Positions 1 to 8,423 of a stretch of DNA of 47,600 nt are shown in pieces (positions within the stretch are counted from its first letter, which is position 1; the number at the start of each line of letters is the position of its first letter). The stretch is taken from NCBI GenBank assembly GCA_020441795.1, contig JAGRLM010000088.1, forward strand, positions 930 through 48,529, given 5' to 3'. The notes beneath the pieces were generated by a model, which was given only the letters and a program-made list of their open reading frames with translations, did not search any database and was not told the DNA's origin. Source of the stretch: Nitratireductor sp. (GTDB taxonomy: Bacteria > Pseudomonadota > Alphaproteobacteria > Rhizobiales > Rhizobiaceae). A program made the position numbers and the translations under genes.

Positions 1-723
1 CCGAATGACGGCGACGGCAATGCCTGGGGTGACGGAAATGTTGGTTTCCCGCCGGTTTTGAGTGCCAAGGGTTACACTCTGACTGATCCGGGTCGCTACC
101 AGAACCTGACCGATGATTTTTCTGCACAAATTAACGCCTTCAAGCAAGGTAATGTCGAGATCGTCACTGGCGTGCCAATTCCGCCTGATTTCACGACGTT
201 CTGGACACAGGCGAAACAGCAGGGTTTCAATCCGAAAGTCGCCTCCATAGGCAAAGCGATCCTGTTCCCGCAGGCGGTCGAAGCACTCGGAAATCAAGGC
301 AACAACCTGTCGTCCGAGGTCTGGTGGTCCCCGAGCCATCCGTTCAAGTCATCCATCAACGGACTGACGGCGGGCGAAGTGGCCGCCGCCTACGCAGATG
401 CGACCGGCAAACAGTGGACACAGCCCATTGGCTTCGTGCACGCGCTGTTCGAAATGGCGGTCGATGTGATGGGCCGGGTCAGCGATGTTCGCGACGCCGA
501 TGCCGTTGCGGCAGCCATTGCCGCATCGAACCTGGAAACCATCGTCGGCAAAATTGCCTTTGACGGCGCAGGCCTTCCACCTTTTGCCCAGACGAACATA
601 TGTAAGACACCGCTTGTCGGAGGACAGTGGAGACTGAAAGACGGCGGTTATGATCTGGTGATCGTCGATAACACCGACCAGCCTTCGATCCCGACTGGAG
701 GAGTGATGGAAGCAATCTCGTAA
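1..723 (+). CDS. Periplasmic substrate-binding protein of a Liv/HAAT-type ABC importer, C-terminal ~240 aa (5' end lies upstream of the window)
   Basis: Frame 1 is open from base 1 to TAA 721-723. The ORF track starts it at an internal TTG at 58. It lies directly upstream of LivG/F/H/M-like genes on the same strand. The family call rests mainly on context. Confidence 0.6.
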   Translation, partial: PNDGDGNAWGDGNVGFPPVLSAKGYTLTDPGRYQNLTDDFSAQINAFKQGNVEIVTGVPIPPDFTTFWTQAKQQGFNPKVASIGKAILFPQAVEALGNQGNNLSSEVWWSPSHPFKSSINGLTAGEVAAAYADATGKQWTQPIGFVHALFEMAVDVMGRVSDVRDADAVAAAIAASNLETIVGKIAFDGAGLPPFAQTNICKTPLVGGQWRLKDGGYDLVIVDNTDQPSIPTGGVMEAIS

Positions 724-741
724 GCCAAACAGAGCCAGTCG

Positions 742-758
742 GCCCCGAAGATCGGGGC
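742..758 (+). other. Intercistronic stem-loop GCCCCGA-aga-TCGGGGC between the binding-protein gene and the first ATPase gene
   Basis: Perfect 7-bp inverted repeat with a 3-nt loop, read directly. No T-tract follows, so it looks more like an mRNA-stabilising or attenuating hairpin than an intrinsic terminator. Confidence 0.4.
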
Positions 759-780
759 GGCTGGTGTCAACCGCAAGGCG

Positions 781-1506
781 ATGCATATGTCAATCGTGGC
801 CCTCAATTCGGTGTCCAAGAGCTTCGGAGCTTTGAAGGTGACCGATGACGTAACATTCGATGTGCCGTCAGGGCAAGCACTCGGTATCATTGGACCGAAT
901 GGGGCAGGCAAATCAACGCTGTTCAATCTAATTACCGGAAACCTACGCGCGGATGCGGGAACAATTCTATTCAACGGTGAGGATGTGACAGACAAGTCTG
1001 CGATGTATCGCTGCATAGCCGGGGTCGGCCGCTCGTTCCAGATCCCCCAGCCATTCGGCAAACTAACCGTTTTTGAGAACCTCCTCGTCGCCGGCACCTT
1101 TGGGCGTCAACGGAGCGAGAGTGAAGTGTTAGCTGCGTGCGCCTTGATCCTTGAACGCACTGGACTCATCGAAAAGGCGAACAAACCGGCGGCATCACTG
1201 TCACTTCTAGAGCGCAAACGCCTCGAGTTGGCGCGGGCGCTTGCGACGGGTCCTAAACTGCTACTGCTCGATGAAATCGCGGGCGGACTTACGGAAGGCG
1301 AATGTCATCTGCTCGTTGAAACCATCCGCGCAATTCATCGCGAAGGCATAACTATTATCTGGATCGAGCATGTCCTGCACGCGCTGATTTCCGTTGTCGA
1401 GCGGCTCCTGGTCCTGGATTTCGGCAGGGTGATCGGAATCGGCGATCCGGATGCGATCATGGCATCCAAAGAGGTCAAGGAAATTTACCTTGGCATTGAG
1501 GTCTAA
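781..1506 (+). CDS. ABC transporter ATP-binding protein, LivG-like
   Basis: Walker A GPNGAGKST, signature-like LSLLERKRLELARAL, Walker B LLLLDE. The start is ATG 781 or ATG 787. Confidence 0.9.
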   Translation: MHMSIVALNSVSKSFGALKVTDDVTFDVPSGQALGIIGPNGAGKSTLFNLITGNLRADAGTILFNGEDVTDKSAMYRCIAGVGRSFQIPQPFGKLTVFENLLVAGTFGRQRSESEVLAACALILERTGLIEKANKPAASLSLLERKRLELARALATGPKLLLLDEIAGGLTEGECHLLVETIRAIHREGITIIWIEHVLHALISVVERLLVLDFGRVIGIGDPDAIMASKEVKEIYLGIEV

Positions 1507-1510
1507 CCTG

Positions 1511-2218
1511 ATGTCGCTTCTTTCGACCCACGATCTGACTGCCCATTATGGCCAGTTCCAGGCTTTGTTCGGCGTCGGATTAGAACTGCGCGAAGGCGAG
1601 TGTGTTGCCATCATCGGTGCAAACGGTGCTGGCAAGACGACCCTCATGCGCTCGATCTCGGGCATCCTCAGGAATGTTTCATCGATGGTCCGTTTTGACG
1701 GACAAGATATTGGCGAAATGCCTGCAGACGAAGTGACTAAACTCGGGATCGCCATGGTGCCGGAGGGACGAAAACTCTTCCCGTCACTGACAGTCGAGGA
1801 GAACCTTCTCATCGGCCAATATGGTCGCAAGACCGACGGATTCTGGTCGCTCAATACCATCTATTCGATGTTCCCGATCCTCAGGGAACGCCGCCACAAT
1901 CCGGGTACCGCGCTATCAGGTGGACAGCAGCAGATGGTGGCGATCGGCCGGGCGCTGATGAGCAATCCGCGGGTGCTTCTCTGCGACGAGCTCTCACTGG
2001 GACTCGCGCCTGTGGTAATCCGCGATATCTATGCCGCGATGCCAAGAATCCGCGATAGCGGCGCCTCGATTGTTGTTGTGGAGCAGGATATCGGACAGGC
2101 GCTCAAGGTCGCCGACCGGGTTTATTGCATGATGGAAGGACGAGTTACACTGAGCGGACGCCCTGCCGACCTCGATCGTTCCGCAATTCACTATGCCTAT
2201 TTCGGAGCGAACGTATGA
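1511..2218 (+). CDS. ABC transporter ATP-binding protein, LivF-like
   Basis: Walker A GANGAGKTT, signature LSGGQQQMVAIGRAL, Walker B VLLCDE. ATG 1511 lies 5 nt after the upstream stop. The ORF-track start at 1451 would overlap the previous gene. Confidence 0.9.
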   Translation: MSLLSTHDLTAHYGQFQALFGVGLELREGECVAIIGANGAGKTTLMRSISGILRNVSSMVRFDGQDIGEMPADEVTKLGIAMVPEGRKLFPSLTVEENLLIGQYGRKTDGFWSLNTIYSMFPILRERRHNPGTALSGGQQQMVAIGRALMSNPRVLLCDELSLGLAPVVIRDIYAAMPRIRDSGASIVVVEQDIGQALKVADRVYCMMEGRVTLSGRPADLDRSAIHYAYFGANV

Positions 2219-3078
2219 TTTGGGTCGACACCATCATCCAGGGAATCCTGCTCGGTGGTCTCTACGCGCTCTTTGCGTCCGGCTTAAGCCTCGTCTTCGG
2301 CATCATGCGTCTGGTCAATCTCGCGCATGGCGATCTGATCGTTCTAGGCGCCTATCTCATTTTGCTCGTCGTGACGGTGCTCGGACTATCGCCGATGGTG
2401 GCGCTCGTAATCGCACTTCCCGCTATGTTCGCGCTTGGCTTCGGATTACAGAAAATAGTTCTGAATCGGGTACTGGGTGAGGACATCCTGCCGCCACTGC
2501 TTGTCACCTTCGGGCTTTCGGTCGTGATCCAGAACGCTCTGCTCGAAAGCTTTTCTGCCGACAGTCGACGACTGCCTACTGGCACCCTCGGCACTGCTTC
2601 GATACAGATGGGCACGATTTCGGTTGGCGTCCTGCCGCTTCTGACTTTTGCTTCCGCGGTCTTGGTGATCATAGTGCTCAACCAGATCTTCTATCGGACA
2701 AGCCTTGGTCGCGCTTTCCGTGCAACTTCTGATGACGCAACAACAGCAAGCCTAATGGGCATCAAGCCGGGCAACATCTTCGCGGCCGCAACCGGTCTTG
2801 CGATGACTATCGTGACGATCGCCGCACTGTACTTGGGGATGCGCGCTAATTTTGACCCGGCCATTGGTCCGGCCCGGCTGATCTACGCGTTCGAAGCGGT
2901 GATCATTGGTGGATTAGGTTCCCTTTGGGGTACGCTTGCCGGCGGGGTCATCATCGGCGTCGCGCAAACCGTTGGTGCGGCGATCAATCCCGAATGGCAA
3001 ATCCTTGCCGGGCATCTCGCGTTTCTCGCCGTCCTTTTGATCCGCCCTCGCGGCCTATTCCCCCGTGCTGTGGATTGA
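2215..3078 (+). CDS. Branched-chain-type ABC permease, LivH-like
   Basis: Multi-TM protein with N-terminus MIWVDTIIQGILLGGLYALFASGLSLVFG. ATG 2215 overlaps the upstream TGA (ATGA). The ORF-track start at 2125 is an upstream extension inside the ATPase gene. Confidence 0.9.
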   Translation: MIWVDTIIQGILLGGLYALFASGLSLVFGIMRLVNLAHGDLIVLGAYLILLVVTVLGLSPMVALVIALPAMFALGFGLQKIVLNRVLGEDILPPLLVTFGLSVVIQNALLESFSADSRRLPTGTLGTASIQMGTISVGVLPLLTFASAVLVIIVLNQIFYRTSLGRAFRATSDDATTASLMGIKPGNIFAAATGLAMTIVTIAALYLGMRANFDPAIGPARLIYAFEAVIIGGLGSLWGTLAGGVIIGVAQTVGAAINPEWQILAGHLAFLAVLLIRPRGLFPRAVD

Positions 3079-3089
3079 GGAGGCGCACC

Positions 3090-4169
3090 ATGTCGAGCAC
3101 CAATCCAAGTTTTGACCGCTCGTTCAGCATGCAGACGCGTACTCGCGCCTCCTCGATCGCACCCATTGCCGCATTCTTCCTTGTCGTGATCCTGTTCGCT
3201 TTGCCGTTCTTTGCCTCCCGGTCACTCATTCAGGATATGTTTTTCATCCTGACCATGCTGGTCCTTGCACAGTTCTGGAACCTGCTTGCAGGCTATGGAG
3301 GCCTGGTGTCCATTGGCCAGCAGGCGTTTGTAGGACTTGGCGCCTATGCCATGTTCGGTCTCGTCGTTCTTGGTGGATTGGACCCCTTTCCTGCGATTGC
3401 CGCTGGCGGGGTTGCAGCACTGCTTCTTGCGGTGCCGATGGCGTATTTTTCGTTCAAGCTGCAGGGCGCCTACTTCGCGATCGGAACATGGGTGATTGCA
3501 GAGGTCGTTCGGCTTCTAGTGGCACAGTGGAAGGCCGTTGGTGGCGGAACCGGCACGTCGTTGCCCCGAAGTGCGACCGGCAACCTGATGTTCTCAGACA
3601 CTATCCAGTCGATGCTGGATGTTCGAGCGGCGGCGGCCAATGACATTCTCGCGTACTGGCTGGCTGTCATCCTGTGTCTAGTGACGATCGGTGGTATCTA
3701 TACGCTCCTGCGGACCAAACTCGGCCTCGGGCTTGCAGCCCTTCGAGACAATGTCGAAGCCGCCAAATCGGTCGGCGTCGACGCGATGCGCATCAAGTGG
3801 TTTGTGTTCCTTGTCGCAGCACTCGGAACCGGTTTGACCGGCGCGCTTATCTACCTGCAGAAGGCACGAATCTCGCCCGATGCCGCCTTCTCAGTGAACG
3901 ATTGGACGGCATATGTCATCTTCATCGTCGTCATTGGCGGGATCGGCACAATTGAAGGCCCGATAATCGGTATTCTCGTATTCTTCATCCTACAAACCCT
4001 GCTGGCCGATTATGGAAGCTGGTACCTGATGACTCTTGGCGGCCTCGCAATCGCCGTCATGCTGTTTGCCCCGCGCGGTTTGTGGGGTTTGGTCTATGAC
4101 CACACCGGCATCGAGATTTTTCCAATCCGCCGCATGTTGGTGGGCGGCTCACAAAGTACATCAGACTGA
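3090..4169 (+). CDS. Branched-chain-type ABC permease, LivM-like
   Basis: SD GAGGAGG at 3077-3083 followed by ATG 3090. Multi-TM protein. The ORF-track start at 2925 overlaps the previous permease. Confidence 0.9.
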   Translation: MSSTNPSFDRSFSMQTRTRASSIAPIAAFFLVVILFALPFFASRSLIQDMFFILTMLVLAQFWNLLAGYGGLVSIGQQAFVGLGAYAMFGLVVLGGLDPFPAIAAGGVAALLLAVPMAYFSFKLQGAYFAIGTWVIAEVVRLLVAQWKAVGGGTGTSLPRSATGNLMFSDTIQSMLDVRAAAANDILAYWLAVILCLVTIGGIYTLLRTKLGLGLAALRDNVEAAKSVGVDAMRIKWFVFLVAALGTGLTGALIYLQKARISPDAAFSVNDWTAYVIFIVVIGGIGTIEGPIIGILVFFILQTLLADYGSWYLMTLGGLAIAVMLFAPRGLWGLVYDHTGIEIFPIRRMLVGGSQSTSD

Positions 4170-4187
4170 TCCAAAGAGGAGGCAATC

Positions 4188-5972
4188 ATGGCTGACATCA
4201 CAACGGATGTTCTCATTATCGGTACCGGTCCGGCCGGCTCTGCAACTGCGGCGCTATTATCGAGCTATGGGATCGAGAACATGGTAGTCAACCGCTACCG
4301 TTGGCTTGCCAACACGCCGCGCGCCCACATCACCAATCAGCGCACTATGGAAGTGCTCCGTGATCTCGGCCATGATGTGGAGAACGAAGCCTACATGCAT
4401 TGTTCCCATCAGGATATGATGGGAGAAAACGTCTTTTGCGAAAGCCTCGCGGGCGAAGAAATCGGCCGGATGAAAAGCTGGGGCAACCATCCCATGTCAA
4501 AGGCCGAACACCTAATGTCTTCGCCGACGATGATGAACGACCTGCCGCAGACCTTCATGGAGCCGCTTCTTTTCAAGACTGCCTGTTCGCGCGGCACACA
4601 GGCTCGCATGTCGACTCAATATCTGAGCCATCTCCAGGATGCCGACGGAGTTACAACGACCTGCCTCGATCGGTTGACCGGCAAGGAATTCACGATACGC
4701 TCGAAGTATCTCGTAGGCGCCGATGGCGGCAACTCGAAGGTGGCGGAAAACGCAGACTTACCCTTCGAGGGCCAGATGGGTGTCGGTGGATCGATGAACA
4801 TTCTGTTCCGGGCTGATCTGTCGAAATACGTCGCCCACCGCCCTTCTGTGCTGTACTGGGTCATGCAGCCTGGTGCCGATGTCGGGGGGATCGGCATGGG
4901 ACTCGTGCGAATGGTTCGCCCTTGGAACGAATGGCTGATCGTTTGGGGATACGACATCAACCAGCCCGCGCCGGAGGTCGACGCGGACATGGCGACGCAG
5001 GTCGCCCGCCAGCTTGTCGGCGATCCCGAACTCGAGATTGAGCTGATTTCGGCAAACACATGGACCGTAAACAACATGTATGCGACCCACATGCAGAATG
5101 GTCGCGTATTCATCATGGGTGACGCGGCCCACCGCCATCCGCCCTCAAACGGGCTCGGTTCAAACACCTCAATACAGGACGCGTTTAATCTTGCCTGGAA
5201 GCTGGCGGCAGTTCTCAGGGGGCAAGCTAACGAATCTCTGCTGGATACATACTCCGTCGAGCGGGTGCCAATCGCGAAACAGATCGTGACCCGCGCCAAC
5301 CAGTCGATCGGAGAGTTCGGACCTATTTTCGAAGCGCTTGGAATGGATGGCAGCACGGACATCGAGAAAATCAAGAAATCAATGGATACCCGCTGCGATG
5401 CCACTCCCGCGGCCGAACGACAGAGGGAAGCGCTACGCAAAGCCATCGAATTCAAGAAATACGAATTCGATGCCCATGGCGTGGAAATGAATCAGCGCTA
5501 CAAGTCGTCCGCTGCTGTCACTGATGGCCAGATGGAACCGGCTTTGGAACTAGATGCAGAGCTCCACTACCAACCCACCACATGGCCCGGTGCACGTGTT
5601 CCACACGCCTGGGTGTTTGATCAGAGCGGCAATCGGCACTCGACTATCGACATTACTGGCAAGGGTCGCTTCACGCTTCTGACTGGGATTGCGGGAGCGA
5701 GGTGGGTTGAAGCGGTGGATGCCGCAACCAAGGCTCTTGGACTCGACATCGTTTGCCATGTGATCGGGCCACGACGTGCGCTCGTCGATCACCATGGTGA
5801 ATGGGCGCGCGCCCGCGAAGTCTCTGAAAGCGGCTGCGTACTCGTCCGTCCCGACCATCATGTCGCCTGGCGCGCCGAGGAAATGGCGAGCGACCCGGCG
5901 GGTGACCTAATCCGCGTGCTCTCCGCCATCCTAGGATTGAGCAAAAATTCCCCACTTCAAGCAGCGGAGTGA
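4188..5972 (+). CDS. FAD-dependent aromatic-ring hydroxylase, PheA/TfdB (phenol / resorcinol / 2,4-dichlorophenol hydroxylase) group
   Basis: N-terminal GxGxxG (IIGTGPAGSATA), LVGADGGNS, and GDAAHRHPPSNGLG motifs. The 594-aa length with a C-terminal extension is typical of this group. SD AGAGGAGG precedes the ATG. Confidence 0.85.
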   Translation: MADITTDVLIIGTGPAGSATAALLSSYGIENMVVNRYRWLANTPRAHITNQRTMEVLRDLGHDVENEAYMHCSHQDMMGENVFCESLAGEEIGRMKSWGNHPMSKAEHLMSSPTMMNDLPQTFMEPLLFKTACSRGTQARMSTQYLSHLQDADGVTTTCLDRLTGKEFTIRSKYLVGADGGNSKVAENADLPFEGQMGVGGSMNILFRADLSKYVAHRPSVLYWVMQPGADVGGIGMGLVRMVRPWNEWLIVWGYDINQPAPEVDADMATQVARQLVGDPELEIELISANTWTVNNMYATHMQNGRVFIMGDAAHRHPPSNGLGSNTSIQDAFNLAWKLAAVLRGQANESLLDTYSVERVPIAKQIVTRANQSIGEFGPIFEALGMDGSTDIEKIKKSMDTRCDATPAAERQREALRKAIEFKKYEFDAHGVEMNQRYKSSAAVTDGQMEPALELDAELHYQPTTWPGARVPHAWVFDQSGNRHSTIDITGKGRFTLLTGIAGARWVEAVDAATKALGLDIVCHVIGPRRALVDHHGEWARAREVSESGCVLVRPDHHVAWRAEEMASDPAGDLIRVLSAILGLSKNSPLQAAE

Positions 5973-6835
5973 CACCAATGACCCGGACCCAACAGATCGA
6001 ATACTTCACTGAAGAACGCTCCGTCGAGGCGGTCAACTCCAGAATGGATCAGGCGGCGGATGCGCGCCTGCGCACGATCATGGCTTCGCTTGTCAGCCAC
6101 CTGCATGCCTTTGCCAAGGATGTCGAACTCACAACGGCTGAATGGGGCGCGGCAATCGATTTCCTTACTCGCACTGGGCAGATGTGTGACGACAAGCGAC
6201 AGGAGTTCATCCTACTCTCCGACACACTCGGCTTCTCAATGCTGGTCGATGCAATCAATCATCGCCGTCCGTCCGGTGCGACCGAAAACACCGTGCTAGG
6301 TCCTTTTCATGTCGAGGGTGCGCCAATCTATCCAATGGGCACCAACATCTCGCTGGATGGAAAGGGCGAGAGCTGCCTCTTCATGGGCCGTGTTCTTGAC
6401 CTCGACGGCAAGCCGGTTCAAGGGGCGAAGATCGACGTCTGGTGTGACAATGCTGACGGTTATTATGATGTGCAGCAGCCCGGCATCCAACCACAATGGA
6501 ACAACCGAGGTATTTTTGTCACCGGAAAAGACGGGACCTATAGCTTCCGCGGCATAAGGCCGGTCTCCTACCCGATTCCTGACGACGGTCCAGTAGGACA
6601 AATGTTAGCCGCTCTTGGTCGTCATCCAAACCGCCCGGCACATATGCATTTCATGGTCTCGGCAGAAGGCTTTGAGACCGTCATTACCCATACGTTTGTC
6701 AATGATGACGAGTGGTTGGCGTCAGACGCGGTATTCGGTGTCAAAGCTTCACTTCTCGCCCGGATGGAGCCGGGGGAGAAGCACGACACCAAATGGAAAT
6801 CGAACTTTGACTTTATACTGAACCGGGTCGGCTGA
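5969..6835 (+). CDS. Intradiol ring-cleavage dioxygenase, hydroxyquinol 1,2-dioxygenase-like
   Basis: N-terminal helical domain (LVSHLHAFAKDVELTTAEWGAAIDFLTRTGQMCDDKRQEFILLSDTLGFSMLVDAINHR) and core (GPFHV ... DVWCDNADGYYDVQ ... RPAHMHF) match hydroxyquinol/chlorocatechol-type intradiol enzymes. GTG 5969 overlaps the upstream TGA. ATG 5978 is an alternative start. Confidence 0.85.
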   Translation: MTPMTRTQQIEYFTEERSVEAVNSRMDQAADARLRTIMASLVSHLHAFAKDVELTTAEWGAAIDFLTRTGQMCDDKRQEFILLSDTLGFSMLVDAINHRRPSGATENTVLGPFHVEGAPIYPMGTNISLDGKGESCLFMGRVLDLDGKPVQGAKIDVWCDNADGYYDVQQPGIQPQWNNRGIFVTGKDGTYSFRGIRPVSYPIPDDGPVGQMLAALGRHPNRPAHMHFMVSAEGFETVITHTFVNDDEWLASDAVFGVKASLLARMEPGEKHDTKWKSNFDFILNRVG

Positions 6836-6836
6836 G

Positions 6837-7679
6837 ATGAACGCACTAAAGCCATGCATCATTTGCGTGGCCATTACTGGGTCCCTGCCGACAAAGGCCA
6901 ATAATCCAGCAGTTCCGATCACGGTTTCGGAACAAGTTGAATCGACTCAGGAAGCCTTTGAGGCTGGCGCCACCATTGTCCACGCCCATGTGCGCAATGA
7001 CGATGAATCGCCATCGTCGGATCCGGAAAAGTTCAAACTCTTGAAGGAGGGAATTGAAAAGCATTGCCCCGGGATGATCATCCAGTTCTCTACTGGAGGC
7101 CGCTCGGGAGCCGGTCTAACGCGTGGTGGAATGCTGTCGCTTAAACCCGATATGGCCTCGCTCTCGGTCGGGTCCAACAATTTTCCGTCGCGTGTCTATG
7201 AGAACCCGCCGGACCTCGTCGAATGGCTGGCAAGTGAAATGAAAATCCATGGCGTCAAGCCCGAGATCGAGGCGTTCGACCTAAGCCACATCCATCAAGC
7301 GGTAGCAATGTGGCGCGACGGGAAGATAACTGAAGTGCCCTACATCCAGTTCGTGATGGGCGTGAAGAACGCCATGCCAGCGGACCGGGAAACATTTGAT
7401 TTTTACATCCGGACGGTCAAGCGGTTGTCACCTAACAGCGAATGGTGCGCAGCAGGGATCGGTCCAAGCCAGATCGTTCTCAACGAATGGTGCGTCGCAT
7501 CCGGCGGTCACGCACGGACCGGACTTGAAGATAATGTGCGACTCGACAAAGAGCGACTCGCACCGTCGAACGCAGCGCTTGTGAAGCGAGTGATTGAGCT
7601 ATGTGAGAAGCATGAACGATCTGTGGCAACATGGCGGCAAGCGCGGCAGATGCTGGGGTTGACGGTCTTGTTAGACTAA
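6837..7679 (+). CDS. BKACE / DUF849 family beta-keto acid cleavage enzyme (3-keto-5-aminohexanoate cleavage enzyme family)
   Basis: Family-typical N-terminus CVAITGSLPTKANNPAVPITVSEQVESTQEAFEAGATIVHAHVRNDDESPSSD and IIQFSTGGR. The ATG lies 1 nt after the upstream TGA. Confidence 0.85.
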   Translation: MNALKPCIICVAITGSLPTKANNPAVPITVSEQVESTQEAFEAGATIVHAHVRNDDESPSSDPEKFKLLKEGIEKHCPGMIIQFSTGGRSGAGLTRGGMLSLKPDMASLSVGSNNFPSRVYENPPDLVEWLASEMKIHGVKPEIEAFDLSHIHQAVAMWRDGKITEVPYIQFVMGVKNAMPADRETFDFYIRTVKRLSPNSEWCAAGIGPSQIVLNEWCVASGGHARTGLEDNVRLDKERLAPSNAALVKRVIELCEKHERSVATWRQARQMLGLTVLLD

Positions 7680-7888
7680 ACAGCGCTAATTGTTGGATTT
7701 CGGCGGAATTTGAGCCATTCTTCCATTTCATGCTTACCCATTTCACCATCAATAACAGTTCAAGAAAGCAGCATGATATTCGTGAGGTGTGGAACTGCCC
7801 GAGATGAAAGAGTGGTTCACAATCCTGCGGCATTCAACAGCGTTTAGTTACTTATCAGATTTTTACCCAATATGGCGATTGCAACTGA

Positions 7889-8383
7889 ATGCCAATCCTG
7901 CCTCTTGATCATCCAGAACCATTTGCCGCCACATTGGGTGTCATGCTCTAACCAAGGGACAACGATACGGACCGCCGCCTTGCGAGCGCATTCACCGCAC
8001 AGTATCTGGCCAAACCAAACGCGCGATTTGTAGAATTCGGCGGCAATATTGAACTCGATACGCTGCTCACGATCGCCACCAATGCCGGAGAGGGTTTGCC
8101 AGATCTGGAAAAGCGCTGGCGGGGTTGGACAATGGGCTGGTGATCTTTTTCGGGCATTATTCTACCTGTCGTGGGCATATCGGCTTCTCGCATCGTGGGA
8201 GAATTCAATCCGCCTCGCCGAAATAAACGCTCTCAGGGTCGGCAAACCAGGTGTCCGTTCAAGCTTCAAGGCAGCTCAGAAACGTTTCAAGACTGTCTCC
8301 CATTTATGGGCGGCATAGATGATGCGGCATGGCAAAGTCGCGCCCCCTATGCGCTCACAACAATCATCGTTCCGCTGACCTGA
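7889..8383 (+). pseudogene. Decayed gene of unidentified family (one in-frame stop plus two apparent frameshifts)
   Basis: ATG 7889 gives MPILPLDHPEPFAATLGVML, then TAA 7949-7951. The same frame continues protein-like (PRDNDTDRRLASAFTAQYLAKPNARFVEFGGNIELDTLLTIATNAGEGLPDLEKRW...) to TGA 8141-8143. The sense continues in the +1 frame (GDLFRALFYLSWAYRLLASWENSIRLAEINALR...FKTVSHLWAA) to TAG 8316-8318, then in the third frame to 8383. Confidence 0.45.
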
Positions 8384-8423
8384 AACCAGACGTTCCGGAT
8401 TGCTGCTCGTTGATGACCTCAAC

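Noticed and set aside
4616-5455. 279-aa minus-strand ORF.
   Set aside because: It is antisense to the FAD hydroxylase, which carries clear cofactor motifs in the plus frame.
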